A stretch of DNA of 35,151 nucleotides from Limisphaerales bacterium. Lineage in GTDB: Bacteria; Verrucomicrobiota; Verrucomicrobiia; Limisphaerales; UBA11358. Of this stretch, positions 8,669-17,963 are shown piece after piece. Each line of letters begins with the position of its first letter. Position 1 is the stretch's first letter. Under the pieces are notes generated by a model. That model saw only the letters and a list, made by a program, of their open reading frames with translations. It was not told where the DNA came from and searched no databases. Position numbers and translations under genes: made by a program. The stretch lies in the NCBI GenBank assembly GCA_027451565.1, contig DAIDJC010000004.1, positions 1-35,151 on the forward strand. The letters run 5' to 3'.

Positions 8669-9621
8669 TTTCGTCCGCGATGCTCCTCATAGGCGCTGAT
8701 AATGCGCTGCACAAGCGGGTGGCGGACCACATCCCGCCGGGTGAATTCCACGATGGCAATCCCTTCAGTAGCCCGGAGCGCCCTGTGTGCTTCCGCCAGG
8801 CCGGAGGATTTTTGCGGTGGAAGGTCCACCTGGGTTTCGTCCCCTGTGATGACTGCCTTGGAACCATTGCCCAGCCTGGTGAGAAACATCAGCATTTGTT
8901 CCGTGGTGGAATTCTGGGCCTCGTCAAGAATGATAAAGGCATTGTTAAGAGTCCGGCCCCGCATATAGGCCAGAGGGGCAATTTCGATGGACCCGCGCTC
9001 CATTAATTTTTGGATTTCCTCGGCAGGCTGCATGTCTTGCAGCGCATCGTGGAGCGGGCGCAGGTAGGGGGTGATTTTTTCCTGCAAATCGCCCGGCAAA
9101 AACCCGAGCGCCTCGCCCGCTTCCACGGCTGGCCGGGTGAGAATGATGCGGGAGACCGAGCCATGTTTCAGAGATGCCAGGGCCATGGCCACTGCCAGAT
9201 AGGTTTTGCCTGTGCCAGCCGGTCCGATGCCAAAGGTGATGTCATGTTTTCGAATGGCTTCCAGGTACTTTTTCTGGCCCATGGTCCGGGCGATAACGCC
9301 GGGCCTGCGTTCGTGGGTATGCACCCGGTCGCTGACCATTTGCTCCAAAATGGAGGCTCCCTCCTCCTTGACAATGTTCAAGGCATGGCTGAAATCACGA
9401 TTTTTGACCGGGGTGCCGGACCGGAGCAGGTCTTGCAAGGAAGAGAAAAGCTGTTTGGCCTTTTCAACGGCGTCCTTGGGCCCCTCCAGCCGAATCCAGC
9501 CATCGCGGGTGGTGGTTTTGACCCCCAACTCGTCCTCAAGCAGTTGGAGGTTGCGTGGGTCATGGTTGAACAACTGCTGCGCAAATCGTCCGTTTTCAAA
9601 ATGAAGTGTTTCAGCGGCCAC
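8665..9621 (-). CDS. phoH: PhoH-family ATPase (YbeZ-like)
   Basis: GPAGTGKT Walker A, RPAVEAGEALGFLPGD, APLAYMRGRTL, ILDEAQN, GDETQVDLP, DVVRHPLV. Confidence 0.96.
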   Translation of the reverse strand: MAAETLHFENGRFAQQLFNHDPRNLQLLEDELGVKTTTRDGWIRLEGPKDAVEKAKQLFSSLQDLLRSGTPVKNRDFSHALNIVKEEGASILEQMVSDRVHTHERRPGVIARTMGQKKYLEAIRKHDITFGIGPAGTGKTYLAVAMALASLKHGSVSRIILTRPAVEAGEALGFLPGDLQEKITPYLRPLHDALQDMQPAEEIQKLMERGSIEIAPLAYMRGRTLNNAFIILDEAQNSTTEQMLMFLTRLGNGSKAVITGDETQVDLPPQKSSGLAEAHRALRATEGIAIVEFTRRDVVRHPLVQRIISAYEEHRGRK

Positions 9622-9660
9622 AATTATGAAACGCCCGGGGGCGGAAAAAGGTTGTTGGAT

Positions 9661-10155
9661 TTATTCAATCGAGCGGGCCAGTTCCGCGCGCAGTTTGGCG
9701 GCAATATCCTTCATGGCTTCCGGCACCACGCCGGTCCTGGCCAGCACAGGCATGAAATTGGTGTCTCCCGTCCAGCGGGGAACAATATGCACGTGCAAGT
9801 GATCCTGAATGCCAGCTCCGGCCACCTTGCCCAGGTTTATGCCCACATTAAAGCCATCCGGTTTCATGGTATGCGTCAGGGCGTTGATGCAACGCCGCGC
9901 CAGTTTCCAGAGATCCGTCATTTCCTCAAGGGTGAGGCCGTTCAAGTCGGCCACTTCCTTGTAGGGCACCACCATGAGATGGCCGCCGTTATAGGGATAA
10001 CGGTTCAAAAGAGCAAAGCAGGAGCGATCCCGGGCAATCACATAATTGGCTTCATCGTCCAAGTCCTGGGCGATCCGGCCAAATATGCCCTGCTTGTTTT
10101 CTGGTTTGGGCGAAAGGATGTATTCGATCCGCCACGGGGCATGCAAACATTCCAT
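9661..10155 (-). CDS. HIT-family hydrolase (Ap4A phosphorylase-like)
   Basis: LHAPWRIEY, LNRYPYNGGHLMVVPY, GFNVGINLGKVAGAG, histidine triad HLHVHIVPRW-x-GDTNFMP. Confidence 0.93.
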   Translation of the reverse strand: MECLHAPWRIEYILSPKPENKQGIFGRIAQDLDDEANYVIARDRSCFALLNRYPYNGGHLMVVPYKEVADLNGLTLEEMTDLWKLARRCINALTHTMKPDGFNVGINLGKVAGAGIQDHLHVHIVPRWTGDTNFMPVLARTGVVPEAMKDIAAKLRAELARSIE

Positions 10156-10268
10156 GACAGCAAGTTAAGAGTAGCCATGAAGAAGGAAAGCAGGAAAACA
10201 CGGTTGAAATGCCCAAGCCCCTGCTGCGCGGTCCTTTTATGGGGGCAGGAACGAATCCTGGAGGGTCA

Positions 10269-11456
10269 TTAAGGTTTGTCGCTGGAGGGGTCTGAGTCTG
10301 GAAACAGGCCGATGATGGCTTCGGCTGCGCGGTTGCACGCCCCGGGAGTGCCCAGTCCAGCCATGATTTTTTGTAATTCCGTCCTCATGGCGCTTCGCGC
10401 GGCCTGGTTTTGAAGCAAGGCCGCAGTTGCGCGGGCCAGATTTTCAGGGGTGGCATTTTGCTGGATGAACTCAGGGAAAACCATGCGGCCTGCCAGGAGG
10501 TTGGGCATGGTGAGGGAATTCACGGTGATGATGCGTCGGCCAATCTCATAGGTCAGCCATGATGTCTTATACAGGGTTACCGTGGGCAACCCATGCAGTG
10601 CGCATTCCAGGGTGACCGTTCCGGTGGATGCCAGGGCCACGTCGGCCCGGGTCATGGCTTCCGCCAAGCCTCCGCATTGAAAAATGGCTTGGCCTCCGAA
10701 AGTTTTAGCCAGGGCGAGCAGGTGGTCGTTGGGCAGCACCATCCGCGCCGTGGCAGATGGAAAAGCAACGCGCAGCTTTTGAATGGCTTGAAGCAGGATG
10801 GGAACATGGCGCTTTAATTCTCCCCGGCGGCTTCCAGGCAGGAGCAGGATTTCCGGAGCCGAAGGGATGATGGCCCGGGATGAGTCATGGGGATTGGGAG
10901 CCGTTTGCACGGCAACCCGGTCCAGCATGGGATGTCCGACAAACACCACCCTCAAACCGGGAGCATGAGATGCGTACCAGGCCTTTTCAAAGGGAAAAAT
11001 ACTCAGCAAAAGATCATGGTCTTTTTCCATTTGCAGGGCCCGCTTGGGGCGGGAAGCCCATACCTGGGGTGAGACAAACTGGATAATCCTGGGATTCCAA
11101 CCGCCGCCGGATGGTTTTTTTCCGGTTAATTTGGAAATGGCGCGGGCGAACCTAAGATTGAATCCGCCATAATCAACGCCGATGATGGCGTCTGGTTTTT
11201 GGGTTTGGGCGAGTCGAACCAGGTTCAGGAAATGGCGTCTAAACGTGGGATAATGGCGGAGGACATCCGTAAGTCCGGTGACGGCGAGGTGGGTGAGGTC
11301 CAAAACCGTTTCAACACCTGAGGCGGCCATTTTGGGCCCGCCAATCCCGAAAAATGTGGCGTTTGGAAGTCTCTGGCGCAGGGCCAGAACCAGTTCCGAT
11401 GCAAGTTGATCGCCGCTCGGTTCCCCGGCGATCAGCATGAATTTCAAGGGTTTCAT
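10269..11456 (-). CDS. lpxB: Lipid-A-disaccharide synthase
   Basis: AGEPSGD, GIGGPKM, VDYGGFN, FVSPQVWASR, IFPFE, FVGHP, LLPGSR, STGTVTLE, PEFIQ. Start placed at ATG 11456 (MKPLKF). Confidence 0.96.
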   Translation of the reverse strand: MKPLKFMLIAGEPSGDQLASELVLALRQRLPNATFFGIGGPKMAASGVETVLDLTHLAVTGLTDVLRHYPTFRRHFLNLVRLAQTQKPDAIIGVDYGGFNLRFARAISKLTGKKPSGGGWNPRIIQFVSPQVWASRPKRALQMEKDHDLLLSIFPFEKAWYASHAPGLRVVFVGHPMLDRVAVQTAPNPHDSSRAIIPSAPEILLLPGSRRGELKRHVPILLQAIQKLRVAFPSATARMVLPNDHLLALAKTFGGQAIFQCGGLAEAMTRADVALASTGTVTLECALHGLPTVTLYKTSWLTYEIGRRIITVNSLTMPNLLAGRMVFPEFIQQNATPENLARATAALLQNQAARSAMRTELQKIMAGLGTPGACNRAAEAIIGLFPDSDPSSDKP

Positions 11457-11481
11457 GATCGGGCTGATGAGCCGCCCATCC

Positions 11482-12513
11482 TCACTGGATGGCTTGAATC
11501 TGGCGGGTGATTTCAAAAGCCAGGTCCAGGGCCTGCTTGGCTTGTTCGCCGCTGACGACAGGGGTTTGCCTTCGGCGCACGCATTCTATAAAACTTTGCA
11601 ATTCCAATTTCAAAGGCTCGTCTTTCGTTATGGGCACAGGTTCACGGACAATTTTGCGCCCGGCAAACTCGCTGACAATGGCCGAGTCCTTGCCAAATCC
11701 GAGTTTGGCCGCAAGGACTTTTTTGAGAAGGGAACTGGTTTCTTCGCCATCCCGGGCCACGCGGTAAATGAATCCTTCCTGCACCCGATAGTCCAGGGAG
11801 ATGTAACAGGGATCGTTTGGTCCGCTGAATACGCGGATTTTGCGCATGCGTTCCGGACTGATGCGGCTGGCGGTGAGGTTGGCCACGCTGCCGTTGGCAA
11901 AACGAAGGCGCACGTTGGCGATGTCCTCGCTCCGGCTTAGGACGGGGATTCCGGTGGCATCCACATGGGTAACCGGGGATTGCACGATTGCCAGCACCAC
12001 GTCGAGGTCGTGAATCATGAGGTCCAGCACCACGCCAATGTCCACGGATCTGGAGGAATAGGGCGAAAGACGATGGCACTCGATGAATTTGGGCTGCGTG
12101 GCAATTTCTTTGAGCACCGTAAAAACCGGGTTGAATCGTTCCACATGTCCGACTTGAAGCACGCAATGATGGCGCTGGGCAAGGGTGATCAACTGCCCGG
12201 CTTGGGCAGGATCATCCGTCATTGGCTTTTCCACCAGCACATGCTTTCCAGCCAGGAGCAGTGATTCTGCCATGGAAAAATGGGTGGAGGTGGGGGTGAC
12301 AATGCTAAAGGCATCACTGATCTTGGAAGCCTCCTCAAGACTTGAAAAAGCTCGTGTTTGGAACTTTTCGGCGATTTTGCGGGCGGTGTCGGCATGGATG
12401 TCGTACAAACCGGTTAATTCCACCTCGCCCGCTTTTTGCATTTCGGTGTAAATGCGGACGTGATGCTGGCCCAACGATCCGGTTCCCAAAACTGCCACTT
12501 TAATCTTTCCCAT
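11482..12513 (-). CDS. Gfo/Idh/MocA oxidoreductase, GnnA-like (putative UDP-GlcNAc 3-dehydrogenase)
   Basis: Rossmann GTGSLG, HVLVEKP, QVGHVERFNP, VVLDLMIHDLD, ANLTASRIS; directly upstream of lpxB. Start placed at ATG 12513. Confidence 0.85.
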   Translation of the reverse strand: MGKIKVAVLGTGSLGQHHVRIYTEMQKAGEVELTGLYDIHADTARKIAEKFQTRAFSSLEEASKISDAFSIVTPTSTHFSMAESLLLAGKHVLVEKPMTDDPAQAGQLITLAQRHHCVLQVGHVERFNPVFTVLKEIATQPKFIECHRLSPYSSRSVDIGVVLDLMIHDLDVVLAIVQSPVTHVDATGIPVLSRSEDIANVRLRFANGSVANLTASRISPERMRKIRVFSGPNDPCYISLDYRVQEGFIYRVARDGEETSSLLKKVLAAKLGFGKDSAIVSEFAGRKIVREPVPITKDEPLKLELQSFIECVRRRQTPVVSGEQAKQALDLAFEITRQIQAIQ

Positions 12514-12620
12514 GCCAAAGGATAGGGTTCCCAATCAAAGCTTCAAAGGGCAAATTCAAGGAGCAGCTCACTTGAAAATAGACCTTTTAACCCATGGCTC
12601 AAGGTTATTAGACTCTGGGT

Positions 12621-13262
12621 GTGCCTGTGAATTTGCAATTTGTACCGTTGATATTGGCAGCCTATTTCCTCGGGTCCATCCCTTTTGGGGTCCTCATGGC
12701 CCGGGCTCGCGGTGTGGACCTTCGCAAGCAAGGCAGTGGAAACATAGGAGCCACCAATGCCATGCGGGTTTTGGGCAAACCGGCCGGTTTGTCGGTTTTA
12801 TTTTTGGATGCGCTCAAGGGTTATGCAGCCGTGCATTGGTTGCCAGAGCTTAACCAAGCGCTGGAGCCGGGTCATGGTGCGGTTCCAGAATGGGTGCCGT
12901 TGCTGGCCGGGATTGCCGCTGTTTTGGGCCATAATTACACCATTTGGCTGCGTTTCCATGGCGGCAAGGGAATTGCCACCACCGCAGGGGTTTATGCCGC
13001 TCTGGCGCCTTGGCCTTTGCTGCTGGCTGTTGGCGTCTTTGTCGTCATGGTGGCTCTCACGCGCTACGTGTCCCTGGGATCCATCGCTGCGGCTGTGGCT
13101 TTGCCCTTGGCGGTTTGTTTGATGTGCCCGGGGAATCCATCCCTGAAGTGGGTGACAATAGCCTTGGGAGTCATGGCTGTGGTCAAGCATCGCTCCAATC
13201 TTAAGCGGTTGCTCGCTGGAACGGAAAACCGCCTGGGTCAGAAAAAGACGGGAAGCTCATAA
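12621..13262 (+). CDS. plsY: Glycerol-3-phosphate 1-O-acyltransferase PlsY
   Basis: YFLGSIPFG, GSGNIGATNAMR, DALKG, GHN...GGKGIAT, HRSNLKRLLAGTE. Confidence 0.96.
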   Translation: MPVNLQFVPLILAAYFLGSIPFGVLMARARGVDLRKQGSGNIGATNAMRVLGKPAGLSVLFLDALKGYAAVHWLPELNQALEPGHGAVPEWVPLLAGIAAVLGHNYTIWLRFHGGKGIATTAGVYAALAPWPLLLAVGVFVVMVALTRYVSLGSIAAAVALPLAVCLMCPGNPSLKWVTIALGVMAVVKHRSNLKRLLAGTENRLGQKKTGSS

Positions 13263-13265
13263 TTC

Positions 13266-14249
13266 ATGAAAATAACGGTTCTTGGAGCAGGTGCCTGGGG
13301 CACAGCACTGGCACATTTGTTATGCGAGGGTGTCAACGAGGTGACGCTTTGGGGCCATGACGCCTCCCGTCTTCAGGCCATCGCGCAAAGCCGATCCAAT
13401 CATCTTTATCTGCCTGGCATTCAACTTTCCTCCAAATTAATTTGTGAACCGGATTTGGCACTTGCACTGAACAGCCCGGATGTGGTCGTCATGGCGGTCC
13501 CTTCCAAGGTGTTCCGTTCTTTGGCTGGAGAGCTTGGCGCCTTCCAGGGCATTGTGGTGAGTGCCACCAAAGGAATTGAAGCAGGGACTGGACTGACCAT
13601 GTGCGGCATTTTGGCAGAATGCGCGCCAGGCGCCAAACCAGCAGCCTTGTCCGGGCCTACCTTGGCCTTGGAGGTGGCTTCTGGAGTGCCCAGCGCTATC
13701 ACGGTTGCTAGCGGCCAGGCTGATGTGGCCACTTTTGTCCAACAGCTTTTCCACCGGCCAAGGTTCAGGGTGTACACGAGCACGGACCTCAAGGGGGTGG
13801 AAATGGGTGGCGCGCTCAAAAATGTGATCGCCATCGCCGCAGGCGTTTGTGACGGTCTGGGTTTTGGGGATAATTCCAAGGCAGCCCTGGTCACGCGCGG
13901 TTTGGCAGAAATGCGGCGGCTGGGCGTGGCAGTCGGTTCGCGCCATGAAACCTATACCGGATTGAGCGGCTTGGGTGACCTCATGGTCACGTGCTTTTCC
14001 AGACACAGCCGCAACCGCTCCTTTGGGGAACAGATTGGTCGCGGAAAAACCGTTTCGGAGATACTGAGCGTTTCCAAGTCGGTGGTGGAGGGGTATCCCA
14101 CCGCCGCATCGGCCCATGAACTGACTGTCCGCCTGGGGGTGGATGCGCCCATATTGACGGAAATCAAGGCCCTATTGTATGAAGGTAAAAATCCCGCCCT
14201 GGTGCTGGAGCATTTGACCGCCCGGGATTCCAAAGCGGAATCGCCTTGA
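13266..14249 (+). CDS. gpsA: NAD(P)H-dependent glycerol-3-phosphate dehydrogenase
   Basis: GAGAWGTALA, ATKGIE, LSGP, GGALKNVIAIAAG, GLSGLGDL-x-x-TC, SRN, VEG. Confidence 0.97.
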   Translation: MKITVLGAGAWGTALAHLLCEGVNEVTLWGHDASRLQAIAQSRSNHLYLPGIQLSSKLICEPDLALALNSPDVVVMAVPSKVFRSLAGELGAFQGIVVSATKGIEAGTGLTMCGILAECAPGAKPAALSGPTLALEVASGVPSAITVASGQADVATFVQQLFHRPRFRVYTSTDLKGVEMGGALKNVIAIAAGVCDGLGFGDNSKAALVTRGLAEMRRLGVAVGSRHETYTGLSGLGDLMVTCFSRHSRNRSFGEQIGRGKTVSEILSVSKSVVEGYPTAASAHELTVRLGVDAPILTEIKALLYEGKNPALVLEHLTARDSKAESP

Positions 14250-14267
14250 AATCCACAATCAAAAAAT

Positions 14268-15191
14268 TTACGGACTGGAGAAAATCACCGGCGGGATGGG
14301 GGCCTGCCGCCATGCGGGCAGTGGACTGTGATTGCCACATTCCAGGCATTGCATGGTGTTGAAAGGGATATTGCAAGCCGGGCAGGCGCCCTGCGAGGCA
14401 AAGGGATCCAGGTTCGAGTGGCATTGCGGACAGCGCCACACATTACCGATCACCGGGGCTGCCTTGCAAAATGGACAGTGGCAATCCTCCCGGCGAGGCA
14501 ATTGATCGCGGGACTTCAGTATGCCGGACTGTTTAAATCCCTGCCAGCACTGTATGAGGACGAATATCATTAAAGTCCCCAGCCAAAGCAATTGATGTTG
14601 GATTGCGTAATAGACAATAAGACAAGTCCCTGCGAAACCAATAAGCGAGGCAACCCTCAAGCTGTTGGCTTTGCCCATGAAAAACCACAGGATGGAGCGC
14701 AGGATTTGACCTCCATCCAGCGGGTAAATGGGTAACATGTTAAAAGCCAACAGGGTAATGTTTATGTAATAGATGACATGAACCCAGGTAAAGAGGTTGG
14801 GATAAGAATAGGACCAACCCAGGTGATTGCTGAAAGAGACCACCAAGGCGAGTAAAGGGGCAAGGATGACGTTCACCATCGGGCCAGCGGCGATGCTCCA
14901 AAGCTGTGCCCCGGGACGCGGGGGAGGAGATACATAAGCCACACCGCCCATGGGCCACAGGACAATGTCGTGGGTTTGTCCTCCGGTTTGGCGGCAGGCC
15001 AGTTGATGGCCAAATTCGTGAAGCAGGACAATAAAGAACAGCGCCAGCACCTCCATGATATTCCATCCGATTGAATTATATTCGCGCGGCAAACTGGCAA
15101 GGACAAAAAAGGCCAGGAACCATGTCCAATGCAAATAGACGGAAATGCCAAACAACCGAAAAATGCGCAGGGCGTAACGTTTTGTGGGCAT
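14268..15191 (-). CDS. Site-2 (M50) intramembrane metalloprotease with C-terminal 4xCxxC domain
   Basis: HEFGH, IAAGPMVN, FNMLPIYPLDGG, several TM segments. Start ATG 15191 overlaps the thrH stop (TAATG). Confidence 0.92.
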   Translation of the reverse strand: MPTKRYALRIFRLFGISVYLHWTWFLAFFVLASLPREYNSIGWNIMEVLALFFIVLLHEFGHQLACRQTGGQTHDIVLWPMGGVAYVSPPPRPGAQLWSIAAGPMVNVILAPLLALVVSFSNHLGWSYSYPNLFTWVHVIYYINITLLAFNMLPIYPLDGGQILRSILWFFMGKANSLRVASLIGFAGTCLIVYYAIQHQLLWLGTLMIFVLIQCWQGFKQSGILKSRDQLPRREDCHCPFCKAAPVIGNVWRCPQCHSNLDPFASQGACPACNIPFNTMQCLECGNHSPLPAWRQAPIPPVIFSSP

Positions 15192-15793
15192 TATAAAAGT
15201 TCCCGGATTTTGCACAGCAGTTCGGCGTGCGATTCCACTGCTGGCAAACCGGGAAAAGCCTTTTTGACGTTATCCGGGGCATGAATCAAAAAACCATGGT
15301 CTGAGGCAAGCAACATGGCTGTGTCATTGTAGGAATCTCCCGCAGAGAGGACACGGAAATTGAGGGATTTGAGCGCCAGGACCGATTTTTTTTTCTGGTC
15401 CGGCTGGCGCAGCACGTAACCGGAGATGCGCCCCCGGGTCACCTCCAAGCGATGGCAAAACAGCGTGGGCCAGTTCAACTGGCTCATCAACGGTGTGGCA
15501 AATTGCTCGAAGGTGTCTGAAAGGATGATGACGGGAACCCATTCGCGGAGCGTGTTGAGAAAATCCAGGGCGCCGGGCAGGGGACAGAGCGTGCCGATCA
15601 CCTCCTGGATTTGAGTGAGCGTGATGCCATGGCGATCCAGGATTTCAATCCTGTACCGCATCAATTTGTCGTAATCCGGTTCATCCCGCGTGGTGCGGCG
15701 CAATTCAGGGATGCCGGTGCGCTCGGCTACGGCGATCCAGATTTCCGGCGTGAGCACGCCTTCCATGTCCAAAGTCACAAGAGTTTGCTGCAT
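15191..15793 (-). CDS. thrH: Bifunctional phosphoserine phosphatase / homoserine phosphotransferase ThrH
   Basis: LDMEGVLTPEIW, TTRDEPDYDKLM, ILSDTF, WPTLFCH, AGDSYNDTAML. Confidence 0.95.
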   Translation of the reverse strand: MQQTLVTLDMEGVLTPEIWIAVAERTGIPELRRTTRDEPDYDKLMRYRIEILDRHGITLTQIQEVIGTLCPLPGALDFLNTLREWVPVIILSDTFEQFATPLMSQLNWPTLFCHRLEVTRGRISGYVLRQPDQKKKSVLALKSLNFRVLSAGDSYNDTAMLLASDHGFLIHAPDNVKKAFPGLPAVESHAELLCKIRELL

Positions 15794-15839
15794 GGCGGGA
15801 GTTTTTCAAAAGGCGCGGGGTGTGTCGAGTCTTGCCCGG

Positions 15840-17963
15840 TCAATTTTCGGGCGGCGAATGTCCCTGCAAGGCTTCGGGATGGGCTTGGAGCAGGGAGTTC
15901 AATTCGGATCGTGCCGGCTTGAGCGAGGGCATGAGCCGCAGGCTGGTTTGAAATTCCCTTGCAGCCAATGTCCATTGGCCTTTTTTGGAGAAAACCTGGG
16001 CCAGCCGGTAATGGCCGCGGGCATCGCCGGGGGCCAATTGCAACTCGCGTGCAAATTCCTTTTGCGCCCCGTTCCAATCGCCGCTGTCCAGAAATGCCAT
16101 GCCCAGATTGTAGTGGGCTTCGGCCACTTCGGGTTGCAGTCTCACGGAGATTTGATATTCCTGCAGGGCTTGGTTGGTTTGACCTGCGGCCATCAAGGTG
16201 GATGCGAGACAGTAGCGGGCGTAGGAATTGGAGGGATCCAGAGCCAGGGCGCGGCTCAGTTCTTTTTCCGCCAAAGGGTATTGCGCAAGGGTCTGGAAGG
16301 CAAAACCCAAGCCGGAGTGGTAGTCGGGATTATTGCCATCCTGGGCGGCTGCATCTTGCAAATGGGGCAAAGCTGCGGCGGCCTGCCCGGATTTCATCAG
16401 TATCATCCCCATGTTGTATTCCAACACCGGGTTGTGTCCGCCCAAGGCTTCCGCTGCAGCCCAATACGGCTGGGCATCGGCATTGTGGCCTTGGAGAATC
16501 AATATGCTCCCCAGCCCGAATTGGGCCGGATAAAAGCCTGGGCTTATCTCCACGGCCTTTTTGTACATCACCAGGGCATCAGCCTGGTTGCCCTGCTTTT
16601 GGCATCCCAACCCAAGGCAGTAATAGGCCACCCCGTTTTCGCCGGTCACTTCCAGGGTGTGGCCGAACAGGGTGAATGTGTTTCTCCAGTATTGTATCTG
16701 GCGGTAGGTGAGCACCAGGCACGAGGCCAGGACCAGGGCGCTCACCACCCGCACCCCCACCTGCGCCGTCCTTCGGATCGCTTCCTTCTGCGCCAGCCCG
16801 TCAGCCACTCCCCAGACCATCGCCACAAAAAGCCCGATAACCGGCAGGTACATGTAGCGGTCCGCCATGGATTGGGCTCCGACCTGCACCAAGCCAATGG
16901 TGGGAACCAACATGCCCAAAAACCATAGCCAGCCCATGATCAGGCTGGGAAACCTTCTCCACCAAACCAAAAACAAAAAAGTCCAAGTCGCCAGAAAAAC
17001 CACGGATACTCCAACCAAAAACAGTGGCAGATGCTCGCGGTAAGGGTAAAGAAGGGACAGGCCTGCTGGAACCAATGCATCGGACGCATACCGCAGGTAA
17101 GACCATAATGCGTTTCCAACGCGGTAGCTCAAGGGCAAGGCGGCCACGCTCATCATGGCGCCAGCCTGTTTTTGGGCTAGGAACGTGACAACGGCATCAC
17201 ATCCGGCAAGTATGAAAAACGGGATTTTTTCCAACACCAGCGGAATGGCTGCTTTGCATAGGATGATCCATTCCGGCTTGGGAGCAGGTCCGGTGCCGGG
17301 GATTGGTTTGATCCATCGCTGAAGGGGCCAGAAATCAAGCAACAAAAGAACAAATGGCAGGGTGACTGCCATGGGCTTGGACATCAGGGCACACCCGAAA
17401 AGTAGAATTGCGGCGACGTAGGTTCGTGCTCGGGGCATCCTCGCATAACAGGTATAAGTTGCCAGGGTTAAAATAAAGAAGAACCCGCAGAGGACATCCT
17501 TGCGTTCGGAAGCCCAAGCCACGGATTCCACATGTTGTGGGTGCCAGCCAAAGAGGGCGGCCACCATGAAGCAGCGCCAGTTCTGCCCCGTCATCAGGCG
17601 CAAGGCCATGAACAGCAAGGCCGTGTTCAAGGAATGCAAAAAAGCATTCATTAAATGGTGCCAGCCCGGTTCAAGACCAAACAGTGAGCAATCCAGCATG
17701 TGCGATATCCAGGTCAGCGGATGCCAGTTCGCCTGGTAAAATGTGCCAAACGCCCACCTTATTCCCCCTTGGGTCAGGCCCCGGCTCACCTCCGGGTTTT
17801 CCGTGATGTAACCCTGGTCATCAAATTGGATGAAATCGTTTTTGAAGGTGGGAAGATACAGGAGAAGCGTGGAGACAAACAGGAATGCCGCCATGATCCA
17901 TGCCTGGCGCAGGGCTCTCCGGGCCTCCACTGCTGTGGTTGAATCCTTGGCACCTGTTGTCAC
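15840..17963 (-). CDS. TMTC-like GT-C membrane glycosyltransferase with C-terminal TPR repeats
   Basis: FDD in the first loop, NWHPLTWISH, HPQHVESVAWASERKD, SKPMAVTLP, ADRYMYLP, about 10 TM segments, then TPR repeats (e.g. AEAHYNLGMAF). Confidence 0.88.
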   Translation of the reverse strand: MTTGAKDSTTAVEARRALRQAWIMAAFLFVSTLLLYLPTFKNDFIQFDDQGYITENPEVSRGLTQGGIRWAFGTFYQANWHPLTWISHMLDCSLFGLEPGWHHLMNAFLHSLNTALLFMALRLMTGQNWRCFMVAALFGWHPQHVESVAWASERKDVLCGFFFILTLATYTCYARMPRARTYVAAILLFGCALMSKPMAVTLPFVLLLLDFWPLQRWIKPIPGTGPAPKPEWIILCKAAIPLVLEKIPFFILAGCDAVVTFLAQKQAGAMMSVAALPLSYRVGNALWSYLRYASDALVPAGLSLLYPYREHLPLFLVGVSVVFLATWTFLFLVWWRRFPSLIMGWLWFLGMLVPTIGLVQVGAQSMADRYMYLPVIGLFVAMVWGVADGLAQKEAIRRTAQVGVRVVSALVLASCLVLTYRQIQYWRNTFTLFGHTLEVTGENGVAYYCLGLGCQKQGNQADALVMYKKAVEISPGFYPAQFGLGSILILQGHNADAQPYWAAAEALGGHNPVLEYNMGMILMKSGQAAAALPHLQDAAAQDGNNPDYHSGLGFAFQTLAQYPLAEKELSRALALDPSNSYARYCLASTLMAAGQTNQALQEYQISVRLQPEVAEAHYNLGMAFLDSGDWNGAQKEFARELQLAPGDARGHYRLAQVFSKKGQWTLAAREFQTSLRLMPSLKPARSELNSLLQAHPEALQGHSPPEN

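Noticed and set aside
9010-10272. 420-aa plus-strand ORF
   Set aside because: Antisense shadow of phoH and HIT with no recognisable motifs.
15690-16928. 412-aa plus-strand ORF
   Set aside because: Antisense shadow of the TPR region of the TMTC-like gene.
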